A DNA stretch of 32,000 nucleotides from assembly GCA_965228485.1 (NCBI GenBank), contig OZ245819.1, positions 1,020,001 to 1,052,000 of the forward strand, given 5' to 3'. Both the position numbers and the translations under genes were made by a program. Every line of letters starts with the position of its first letter. The stretch's first letter is position 1. Shown here one piece after another: positions 1 through 8,043 of the stretch. This DNA comes from Candidatus Saccharimonadota bacterium (GTDB lineage Bacteria; Patescibacteriota; Gracilibacteria; UBA4473). The notes under the pieces are model-generated. The model saw nothing but the letters and a program-made list of their open reading frames with translations. It ran no database searches and was not told where the DNA came from.

Positions 1-3000
1 CGTGATATCAGACGTCAAAAACTTGATGTTAGAAACCATAAAATTCAAAAATTGAAGGATAAGGAAATTCTTTTGGCAAATCAGCCACCAGGCTCCGATA
101 CAACGGCTATTGATAATCAAATTAGTACGCTTATTGGAGAGATTAATACTCTGACCAGTCAGATTAATGGTATTACGAATGAATTGGGGAGTGCGGTCCC
201 TGCCAATAGCGTTTTTGCCACTAGCGATCTGCAAAATGATGTTAATTTAGATGGAGTTGCGAGTGATGTTCCACCAGCTATGCCTGCAGATTTTGCCTGT
301 CCAATTAGTGTTGGGAGTACGGCCTTTAATGCAATGCACTTAGCAAATTGTGCCAGTGTATTGAATTCAGATATTGCGGGACTCTCTTCTCAAATTCACA
401 CAAAAGATGGTCAAATTCGTACCGCTACAGGGCGATTTAAACGAAATTCTATAGGGGTGAATCTTGTTTGTGATGATGCTTCTTCAGGATGTTACGCAGC
501 TTGTAATCCAGCGGATGAGATTTGTGATATTGATTGCGTTGAAAATCCTGCCGCTTGCACACTCTATCAAACAAATAGTCCTGTATCGTATGCGGATAAT
601 TGTACGGGTGATCCTTTGACTTGTGAGGTTGACTGTGTGGATGATCCAGATGTCTGTCGTCGAGCAACTTTTGATTTTAGCGTTCAAGGGAATTTCTGTG
701 ATGATTCTGAATATTGTGATACGAGTGCTCCAAAAGATTTTCAGGTTTGTGATAATGTCGGAAACTGTTCTATTTTGACCGATAGTGGAGTTGAAACCGA
801 TTGGTATGATCCCGTAAGGCCAGAATTGACGGCCTCTTCTATTATTCGAAATAAAAGTAATATTGGAGGGACTGAAACCACTATTGATGGACAAGGAGCT
901 GATGCGCTAGCTGCAGATGATCGATTAACTTTTGAGATTACTGCTGAAGATCCTAAAAATCCGACGGCGGCTGACTATCCAGCGTTGTTTGATGATAATG
1001 CTTGCGGTCATGGGGCTAATGATGATTTCTTTCATGGGACCCCTTCCGATGTTTTCTGTAGTCAGAGTAATGTGGCCTGCGCTTTGTCTTCGAATGTAAG
1101 AGGAAATATTAACCAGCGTATTGGAGGGGCTTGTAGTGGTACTTGCCCTGAAGGCTATTTACTGGATGTTAATAACTTCTGTGTTCCACAGTGTGACTAT
1201 CGTCTGTTTGATGGATGTTTTCCATTTTTATTAATCGGAGATACTTGTGAGACGTCTATTTGGTTGCCGTTGGAGTCTACCGTTCCAGTGGGACAAAGTT
1301 TTATTCAGACGAGTAACTGTGGAGAGACAAGAACAGCTATTGGGATCAAGCCTCTAACGGAATCTCTAAAACATTTCTTGGATGGGAAAGATGCTTTTGG
1401 TGTTTTCTTTTATGATACATTTGAAGACGATCCGTCCTTCTCGAAAATAATTTACAGTCCAGATTTTGATCTTGGAACGGCAGGGTATGGAGGTATGACC
1501 AGTTCTCCGACGGCTACGGCTACCTTTTCTCATGAATCGGGATTCTCTCCCGCAGGAGGAAATGTATTGAAAATTGAGTCTCAGAATTTACTGGGAGGAT
1601 ATGCTTCTTGGCAAATAGACGATATTAGTGTTGATCCAAACAAGGACTACATTCTTACTTACTGGGTAAAAACTAATGCTTCAGTTAACAAGGATTCTCA
1701 AGGGGCGTGGATTCGATTGACGGGGGATGGAGTGCTGCCAAGCATTTATAACCAGTATGTGAGTTCGATGGAGGGAGTCGATAGTGATATGACTTGGCAT
1801 CGGGTTGAGATTCCATTTACTACTTCATCCGGAACTAATAATATTGATATTCAACTTCGGCTGGAAGGGCAAAATAACCGAGTGGTTTATTATGATGATA
1901 TCAAAATATTTGAGGAAAACTGGCGTTATGATACTTCTCAGTCTTGGTACGCAGAACCGCTTGATGATGAAGGAGATGGAGTTTGTGATTATATGACGGG
2001 AGACGGAGATGGAGATCCTCGTTCAGGATTGGATGATCGTTGTGGTAAGCCAACCTTCCCAGAAAAAGTAGTCGTTGTATTCACCCGTGATGGAATTTAT
2101 ATATTCGATGTTATCAGTGGTTCTCTGTGGATGTCAGCTTTACAAGATCCAAATCCAAGTAATTGGGGAAGGATGGTCTTTAATTCTTTATTGTATGGAA
2201 ATTCTTATGGGCTCAATGGGAAAATTTATTCAACCTTCCGCTTTAACCAGGGGGGTGGAAAAAATGGAGCCGTAATTGTGGCAGACTTTATTAATGATAC
2301 GATCTACAGCCATCGTATGAATAACTGCTTCACTCTTGCAGGACATAAGGGAACAGGTTCTTCTTACACGACCTATTATCCATCAGGGTGTTCGCAGGTG
2401 GCCTATAATTGGAATAACTTTCTAAATGACACGAATGCGACTCGTAATAGTACGGCTTATCCTTGGTCTACCGTAATGCCAGCGAACCTTCAAACAGCAA
2501 CAAATCAGCTTAACTCGATGCACGCTCAGGTTGTAGGTGGGAAAACCTATGTGGCGGTAGCAACAAATTTTGGAGTTACTCTTCTCAATAAGACTGATGA
2601 TACGAATCAGCATATAGAATTTGATGGCTTAGATTCTAGTAATTACACCTGGAGTCATACGCCAAGTAATGCGAATATTTATCGAAGAGTCTATATTGCC
2701 AAGGATGGGAAGCTCTATTACCTGTGGGATTATAATGGAGATTCTCGGACTCGAGTTTGGGTTATTGATGATATTCGAACGCTTCCGTTTAATAGTGCTA
2801 TTTTGTCTGGGGGAAGTGTTTGGGATTACGCAATTCAGCCAAATAATGCTTCTAATAGTTATCCTGTTACCGCTCTTTCAGATTTAGCAGCGGCACTTGA
2901 TGTTCACGAACAAGAATCAGAATTTTTGATTGGAGCGGATGTAGGGATAGAAAGGTTTAAAGGTTCTCTTTCCTCGGGAACTCAACATCCAAATTTATCG

Positions 3001-5394
3001 CGAAGCCGTATTACCCGTCTTTTTGCTGGGGCACCATTGTTTGGTACAGTGCTTGGACATTGGACGAACGGACTTCAGGATGTTGGAGGGAAAGCTAATG
3101 ATATGAGCTCAAGTGGGAATGTGACCGTTTCTAGTGTAGATGTGGGGACAGATCTCCAACAGTTTAACTTTGATGAAAGTGGATATATCAGCTCTAGTTC
3201 CAATGATTTTGATGTAACTGGCGACCTAACTATTGGGGGGTGGGTTAAGACTCAGCCAGGGAATGATGATGGAGGCTACATTATCGCGAAGAAAGATAGT
3301 TCTAATACGGACTTTGCTCTCTATAGGGATGGAAGTGACTATCTTCGTGTTGATGGGACTACTGATACTACGATTTCTGATTATCCACTGAATGGATGGA
3401 ATTTTGTTGTGGCTGTATGGGATGGGGCTAATAAGAAGACTTATATTGATGGACAGCTAGTTTCTGTGGTAGCGGATGCCAAGGTGGGGTTTGATGCAGT
3501 GGAAAATTTGTATATTGGAGCTATTGCTTCTCCTGATTTTGCTGGTGGGAGTGGGACTTCTAGTGACCCTTACCAGATTTCTAACATTTCTCAGCTTCAA
3601 AATATGCAAAATTTCTTATCGAGTCATTTTGTGCTTATAAATGATATTGATGCTAGTGATACGGTCAATTGGAATAGTGGGTCTGGGTTTGATCCAATAG
3701 GCGTTAGCGGTGGTCGTTTTTCTGGTAGTTTTGATGGTAATGAGTTTGTTATATCTGACTTGTATGTGAATCGAAATAATGATGACTATGTAGGCTTGTT
3801 TGGTTTTTCTATTGGGGATATTTCCAATGTTGGACTGGAGAACGTTTCCATCACTGGTGGACGAACGGCTGCTGGTGGATTAGCTGGTAGACAGGATGGG
3901 GATACGACGAATGTGTTTGTGTCAGGAAATGTGACAGGAAGTCCCAATTATGCTAATAGTAGTAGTGCTAATTATTCTTATACAGGAGGCGTCTTGGGGG
4001 ACAATCATGGTAGTATATTGAATGTTCGGGCTTTGTCAGGAACTGTTACAGGAGGCTCTGCGCGGGGGGATAGGGCTTACGCTTATACTGGTGGCTTGGT
4101 CGGTAATTGTACAGGAAGTATTACTCTCTCTTTTTCTGAAATGGACGTTATTGGAGGCCAGGCAAGTTTGGGTTACATGTCTGCTCGTGGTTCTTATGCT
4201 CATACAGGAGGTTTAGCGGGGTACTCATCCAGTGCGCTTACCGAAGTTTATGCTACAGGGGATGTGACAGGAGGAACGGCTCATTCTTATAGTGGGAAAA
4301 GAAGTTATAGCTATACTGGTGGTTTGGTGGGACATGTTCCTTCTTCAGCTAGTATTAATAAGGCTTACACTACAGGTAATGTTACTGGGGGGGAAGTTAC
4401 ACAAAGCGGTCCCTACACTCCAGCTCTTTTTTGCTACACTGGTGGGATCATTGGCAGGGGAAATGCTACGTTTCAGAATGTTTATGCTACTGGAGATGTA
4501 ACTGGAGGAGTGGTCAGAGGGACTCGGTCTGGCGATTATTTAGAGACTGGAACAGGTGGGTTGATTGGTCGAGGATATCCGGGGTATAGGTCTTACTCTT
4601 TAGGTCAGGTAACTGCTGGGGAGACCACTGGATCTGGGCGTAAATATAATTATACTGGAGGAATTTCTGGGTATGGACAAGGTACATTTAGTGGTGTCTA
4701 CTTTCTCCAGGCGTCATCGATTAATGCTTCTCTATTGGAAGATGGAAGACTGGGGGATCTCTGGACTGATACTTTTGGGGTGACTGATGTACTGTTGAGG
4801 TCTCGTGGAATTTCGACTGATGCTAGTGAGAACTATTACCAGTGGGATTCGGCCATTTGGGATTTTGGAGGAATAAATGACTATCCAGTACTCAGAGGGA
4901 TGCCGACTGATCGAGATTTTGGTCCTAGGCCAGTTGTTAATCCTGTTGGAGGGGACGAAAATCCAGACCTAAATGGAGCAGTGGCGCTTCCATTTGTAGT
5001 CAACCATGCTTATAACGCACAGCAGGTTCGAACGATTTACAACTCTACTCGAGATTGGTTTGATCAGGATGTAAAGATTACTCTTCAGGGAACTTCTGAT
5101 GATGTGAGAAGTGTGGCTTATGGAGATAGTGGCTCTTATTTTGTCGCTACGGCGGCGGGGATAACTCATTTTGACTTGAGTGGAAGGGTTATTCGGACGG
5201 TTACAACGGCTCCAACGAGTGCTACAAATGTACAGATTGTATCAAACGATGTACAGAGTATAGACTATCGTAATGGTTGGTTGATTATTGCGTATAATGG
5301 AAGGGGCGTGGAAATTGTGAATATTACTCGAGACAGTAAAGAGTTTTTACCACGCTTTGATGGGTCGATTTATGACCCTTATTACTTCTATTAA
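1..5394 (+). CDS. Giant secreted/cell-surface multidomain protein, 5' end truncated by the window edge (1797 codons visible)
   Basis: Frame 1 is open from nt 1: RDIRRQKLDVRNHKIQKL precedes the TTG at 52 used by the ORF track. Stop TAA 5392-5394. Modules seen: heptad-like N/Q/T-rich start; Cys/Asp-rich clusters (469-768, 1003-1320); jelly-roll CBM-like segment (~1400-1920: WQIDDISV, YILTYWVKT, WHRVEIPF, VYYDDIKIFE). Further modules: acidic DxDGDGD Ca-binding-like motif (~1955-2040); propeller-like blades (~2060-3050); LamG/concanavalin-like segment (~3150-3530: GDLTIGGWVKT, NGWNFVVAVWDG, TYIDGQLV). GSGTSSDPYQISNISQLQNM is followed by nine GLUG-type repeats (3540-4700), then more propeller-like blades at the C-terminus. 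Confidence 0.85.
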   Translation, partial: RDIRRQKLDVRNHKIQKLKDKEILLANQPPGSDTTAIDNQISTLIGEINTLTSQINGITNELGSAVPANSVFATSDLQNDVNLDGVASDVPPAMPADFACPISVGSTAFNAMHLANCASVLNSDIAGLSSQIHTKDGQIRTATGRFKRNSIGVNLVCDDASSGCYAACNPADEICDIDCVENPAACTLYQTNSPVSYADNCTGDPLTCEVDCVDDPDVCRRATFDFSVQGNFCDDSEYCDTSAPKDFQVCDNVGNCSILTDSGVETDWYDPVRPELTASSIIRNKSNIGGTETTIDGQGADALAADDRLTFEITAEDPKNPTAADYPALFDDNACGHGANDDFFHGTPSDVFCSQSNVACALSSNVRGNINQRIGGACSGTCPEGYLLDVNNFCVPQCDYRLFDGCFPFLLIGDTCETSIWLPLESTVPVGQSFIQTSNCGETRTAIGIKPLTESLKHFLDGKDAFGVFFYDTFEDDPSFSKIIYSPDFDLGTAGYGGMTSSPTATATFSHESGFSPAGGNVLKIESQNLLGGYASWQIDDISVDPNKDYILTYWVKTNASVNKDSQGAWIRLTGDGVLPSIYNQYVSSMEGVDSDMTWHRVEIPFTTSSGTNNIDIQLRLEGQNNRVVYYDDIKIFEENWRYDTSQSWYAEPLDDEGDGVCDYMTGDGDGDPRSGLDDRCGKPTFPEKVVVVFTRDGIYIFDVISGSLWMSALQDPNPSNWGRMVFNSLLYGNSYGLNGKIYSTFRFNQGGGKNGAVIVADFINDTIYSHRMNNCFTLAGHKGTGSSYTTYYPSGCSQVAYNWNNFLNDTNATRNSTAYPWSTVMPANLQTATNQLNSMHAQVVGGKTYVAVATNFGVTLLNKTDDTNQHIEFDGLDSSNYTWSHTPSNANIYRRVYIAKDGKLYYLWDYNGDSRTRVWVIDDIRTLPFNSAILSGGSVWDYAIQPNNASNSYPVTALSDLAAALDVHEQESEFLIGADVGIERFKGSLSSGTQHPNLSRSRITRLFAGAPLFGTVLGHWTNGLQDVGGKANDMSSSGNVTVSSVDVGTDLQQFNFDESGYISSSSNDFDVTGDLTIGGWVKTQPGNDDGGYIIAKKDSSNTDFALYRDGSDYLRVDGTTDTTISDYPLNGWNFVVAVWDGANKKTYIDGQLVSVVADAKVGFDAVENLYIGAIASPDFAGGSGTSSDPYQISNISQLQNMQNFLSSHFVLINDIDASDTVNWNSGSGFDPIGVSGGRFSGSFDGNEFVISDLYVNRNNDDYVGLFGFSIGDISNVGLENVSITGGRTAAGGLAGRQDGDTTNVFVSGNVTGSPNYANSSSANYSYTGGVLGDNHGSILNVRALSGTVTGGSARGDRAYAYTGGLVGNCTGSITLSFSEMDVIGGQASLGYMSARGSYAHTGGLAGYSSSALTEVYATGDVTGGTAHSYSGKRSYSYTGGLVGHVPSSASINKAYTTGNVTGGEVTQSGPYTPALFCYTGGIIGRGNATFQNVYATGDVTGGVVRGTRSGDYLETGTGGLIGRGYPGYRSYSLGQVTAGETTGSGRKYNYTGGISGYGQGTFSGVYFLQASSINASLLEDGRLGDLWTDTFGVTDVLLRSRGISTDASENYYQWDSAIWDFGGINDYPVLRGMPTDRDFGPRPVVNPVGGDENPDLNGAVALPFVVNHAYNAQQVRTIYNSTRDWFDQDVKITLQGTSDDVRSVAYGDSGSYFVATAAGITHFDLSGRVIRTVTTAPTSATNVQIVSNDVQSIDYRNGWLIIAYNGRGVEIVNITRDSKEFLPRFDGSIYDPYYFY
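3787..4674 (+). repeat. Nine degenerate GLUG-type protein repeats (about 38-45 aa period) inside the giant gene
   Basis: Recurrent cores YVGLFGF, AAGGLAGR, YTGGVLGD, YTGGLVGN, HTGGLAGY, YTGGLVGH, YTGGIIGR, GTGGLIGR, YTGGISGY. Each is preceded by a V(T/S)GG turn motif. The pattern is typical of beta-helical GLUG-motif surface proteins. Confidence 0.75.
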
Positions 5395-5440
5395 ATAAAC
5401 GGGCTTCGCATGCAAGAGGATTGTTTTTCCTTTTTTTTCA

Positions 5441-5467
5441 GAGTGTAGATAATTACACTCAGTTTTA
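5441..5467 (+). terminator. Weak hairpin, possible intrinsic terminator after the giant gene
   Basis: GAGTGTA (5441-5447) pairs perfectly with TACACTC (5454-5460) around a 6-nt loop, followed by AGTTTTA. The stem is AT-rich and the U-tract short. Confidence 0.3.
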
Positions 5468-5496
5468 AGTATTTAAATAAATAAAATTTCCCTTCC

Positions 5497-6507
5497 ATGC
5501 AGAAAATACAAAAATCGGTTTTGGTATTGGCCTGTTTCTTGGGAATATCCTTTTTTGGGATTTCCTTTTTTCCGGGCTCAACGTTGTCAGTGAATACTGC
5601 TGAAGCAGCAGTAAATTGTTCAAATCCTCCTTGGAAATCTAATCCAAGTTCGTTCTTTAGACAGCCTTGGTACAGTCAAGTGCTGCAGTATTATGAATTT
5701 CGATACAATTGTCGAAATTACTGGGTAAATAAACAAAAGTATAAAAATAACCAAACAAAGTTAAAAGAAGAACAAGAGAAAGAAAAGCAAACGGGTAAGA
5801 AAACTTTAGAAGTTAGTACAACTTCAGGATCAGTAACGGATGTTCCAAGTAGTACAGATAAGAAAAAAACACTTCGAGTAATTAATAAGAATAGCTCGAA
5901 AACTTACTATGCCCCAGATAATTCGGATGAGGAATGGAATCTTTTTTTGAAAGCAGCCGATAGAAATAGTGATCTTGAGATTCAAGAGAAGGTGCTTTGT
6001 GGAGGAATTACAACACGATGTGATACTTCTTGTTATTACCAAGCTAGGCAAGCCTATACCGTTCGAGTGCCTTATGACTGTAATTGTGGTAAATCAGGAT
6101 GCCAGACTTGTCATCGAAATGAGACAAGATATCGATGGGTAACTAAGACCGATAGATGTAATGCTAATTGTGGTAAAAATAAATACATTCCATGTGGATG
6201 TAAATACTCAGGAGGGAATAACAACTCTAATGCGGTTTGTAATAGAGAAAAATCTCAGACTTGTAATACCAATTGTTACTACACGGCTCGAGTTCCTTAT
6301 ACCGTTCGAGTTCCTTACAGTTGTAATTGTGGTAAATCAGGATGTAGTACTTGTCATCGAAATGAAACTCGATACCGAAATGAAACGAGAACAGATCGAT
6401 GTAATGGTCGATGTGCCACAAGTGAAGGAACGTATCCATGTGGTTGTACAACCAAAACTTACAGCGTATGGAAGAAGTACGAAGAAGTTCAAGGTGCTCT
6501 AGACTAA
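5497..6507 (+). CDS. Secreted cysteine-rich protein with duplicated 11-Cys module, family not recognised
   Basis: ATG 5497, TAA 6505-6507. Signal-peptide-like N-terminus (VLVLACFLGISFFGISFFPGSTLSVNTAEA), then a Lys/Glu-rich linker. Two modules follow with the pattern C..C..CYYxAR..YTVRVPYxCNCGKSGCxTCHRNETRYR..TDRCNxxC..PCGC. Confidence 0.8.
   Translation: MQKIQKSVLVLACFLGISFFGISFFPGSTLSVNTAEAAVNCSNPPWKSNPSSFFRQPWYSQVLQYYEFRYNCRNYWVNKQKYKNNQTKLKEEQEKEKQTGKKTLEVSTTSGSVTDVPSSTDKKKTLRVINKNSSKTYYAPDNSDEEWNLFLKAADRNSDLEIQEKVLCGGITTRCDTSCYYQARQAYTVRVPYDCNCGKSGCQTCHRNETRYRWVTKTDRCNANCGKNKYIPCGCKYSGGNNNSNAVCNREKSQTCNTNCYYTARVPYTVRVPYSCNCGKSGCSTCHRNETRYRNETRTDRCNGRCATSEGTYPCGCTTKTYSVWKKYEEVQGALD
5998..6447 (+). 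repeat. Intragenic duplication: module A 5998-6201 and module B 6238-6447
   Basis: The two in-frame modules align residue for residue with all 11 Cys conserved. The DNA core (about 6054-6134 versus 6297-6377) is roughly 80-85% identical by manual alignment. Confidence 0.85.
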
Positions 6508-6556
6508 AAATTTATTCTTACTTTTTAATCCTGCTTTATTAACCTGTTATACAAAT

Positions 6557-7930
6557 ATGAAAACAATTAATCCAAAAAATTCGTCATTAATGCTCGTGCT
6601 AGCGCTAGCGTTAGTCGGGTGTGTAAAAACGGCTCCCGAGCCAATGGTAGTGCCTCCTACTCAAAACCAAATTACTCCTCCTGTTCAGGAAGAAGTGGAA
6701 CCTGCGGTTGAGTTTGAGGATGTGTTAGAACAAGTAATGGAAGCAGCTCCTGGAGACTTCGCTGATTTTGAAGATCTTCCAGAAGAGCTGAAAGCAGAAC
6801 CTACAGAAGAAGAGGTTCAGGCTATGATCGAAAAATTCGAAGCAATGGATGAAGACGATCAACTTAATCCCGAAGCTATGGAGGACTTCTTTAAGTCTTC
6901 TCCACTAGTTACAAAAATGGATATGGAAAAACGAGAAGAATTCCTTTCTACATTCCAAGACTATGGTCTAGATGTTCAAGATTCTTATGGAAGAATGAAA
7001 GCCCTCTGTGGATTTGATCTTTCTTCAGACGAATTTGATCAAGCGATTTCCTACTACTTTAATCGTGGGCAAATTGATCTTCCTGCGATTCTAGGAATTA
7101 CATCTAGTACTGATGACTGGACGGCTGAAGATGAAATCCAAGTGCTTCAAGTGATTACTGGAATGCAAACCGATAATCAAGCTGCCATGGCAGAAGCTTG
7201 TCGAGGACTATTTGAAGACCTTCGAGATAATGACTTTGGATACCAAGAATTTGCAGAAGAGGTTGGGGAGGAAGAAGAATTTATTATGCCAGACTCAGAA
7301 GAAGAGCGAGCGGCTTTGACTAATGAACTAGCGGTTGATCCTTCAACACTTATTATTGAAGGGCGGGACGCTGATGGAAACCTTATCGATGGTCTTTATG
7401 ATGAAGAGGAAATGGACTTCCATCCACCAACAACAGGAATGTTTGATGGAGAAGCTTTCCCTGATCAAGACTTGCCAACACCGTTAGAACTAGGAGTAGA
7501 AATTCCTGCTGGAGTAGATCCGAGTGAGGTTCAAGTGACGGCTGGAACAGCGGCTCTAGAACAAATGCAAGAGATTGGAGGTGACGGGCTTCTATTTACA
7601 GAAGAGCAAATGGAAGAACGAATGGAAGCCATTAATCAATTCATGTCAGCAACACCAGCAATGGAAGGAGCTTCTTTTGAACAAGTAATTGCAGCTGTTT
7701 GTGAAGTTGAACTTGACCCAGAAAGAGCCGGAATCTTCATTTCTCGAGTGTTCGTAGAACGAGATCATGATTTCGGAGAAGTAATGAATGTATACCAAAA
7801 TGATGCGCTTTCTGATAGTGGAAAACAAGAACAGATTCTTGGGATGGTTCTAGGGGCTGACAATAGCGTTGAAGAAAATGTTGCGAGTTGTCAGGCAGTT
7901 ATTGCTGATATTCAGGCTTTAGACTTGTAG
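6557..7930 (+). CDS. Highly acidic lipoprotein, family not recognised
   Basis: ATG 6557, TAG 7928-7930. Lipobox-like LALALVG|C near residue 22. By hand count about 107 Asp+Glu versus about 21 Lys+Arg in 457 aa. Four Cys in the mature part are arranged 2+2 in two similar segments. Confidence 0.8.
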   Translation: MKTINPKNSSLMLVLALALVGCVKTAPEPMVVPPTQNQITPPVQEEVEPAVEFEDVLEQVMEAAPGDFADFEDLPEELKAEPTEEEVQAMIEKFEAMDEDDQLNPEAMEDFFKSSPLVTKMDMEKREEFLSTFQDYGLDVQDSYGRMKALCGFDLSSDEFDQAISYYFNRGQIDLPAILGITSSTDDWTAEDEIQVLQVITGMQTDNQAAMAEACRGLFEDLRDNDFGYQEFAEEVGEEEEFIMPDSEEERAALTNELAVDPSTLIIEGRDADGNLIDGLYDEEEMDFHPPTTGMFDGEAFPDQDLPTPLELGVEIPAGVDPSEVQVTAGTAALEQMQEIGGDGLLFTEEQMEERMEAINQFMSATPAMEGASFEQVIAAVCEVELDPERAGIFISRVFVERDHDFGEVMNVYQNDALSDSGKQEQILGMVLGADNSVEENVASCQAVIADIQALDL

Positions 7931-7960
7931 TTCACACTTTTTGACAGATTTATAATAAAA

Positions 7961-7998
7961 AGAGTCGCACACTGATAAGTGGCGGCTCTTTTTCTTTC
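7961..7998 (+). terminator. Rho-independent terminator after the lipoprotein gene
   Basis: AGAGTCGC (7961-7968) pairs with GCGGCTCT (7982-7989): 8 bp including one G-U pair, with a 13-nt loop. It is followed by TTTTTCTTTC. Confidence 0.65.
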
Positions 7999-8043
7999 GT
8001 TAATTTTGTGAATTTTTAAGTGAAATTAGTATACTCGATCAAG

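Noticed and set aside
484-894. 136-aa minus-strand ORF, and similar antisense or alternate-frame ORFs (449-667, 17251-17661, 18520-18768, 13871-14191, 26016-26264, 29247-29546 and others)
   Set aside because: All lie inside well-supported genes on the opposite strand or in another frame. They have low-complexity, odd composition and no independent signals, so they are treated as shadow ORFs.
5998-6447. Could the two similar segments be a diversity-generating retroelement template/variable repeat pair?
   Set aside because: Both copies are in frame within one gene. Their differences are not confined to adenine positions, and no reverse transcriptase gene is present in the window. This is a plain intragenic domain duplication.
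6161-6502. 113-aa alternate-frame ORF and 74-aa antisense ORF within the Cys-rich gene
   Set aside because: They are by-products of the repetitive, stop-poor sequence of the duplicated module. The main frame has the signal peptide and the conserved Cys framework.
7941-7956. TTGACA and TATAAT hexamers after the lipoprotein gene
   Set aside because: Both are perfect hexamers but lie only 4 nt apart, incompatible with a 16-18 nt sigma70 spacer.
8020-8043. GTG start at 8020 for the SpeE-like gene, and ATG 23227 for the C26 hydrolase
   Set aside because: The downstream ATGs (8044, 23194) give cleaner N-termini. For the hydrolase, ATG 23194 also gives the TAATG coupling with the upstream gene. 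The longer forms cannot be excluded without data.
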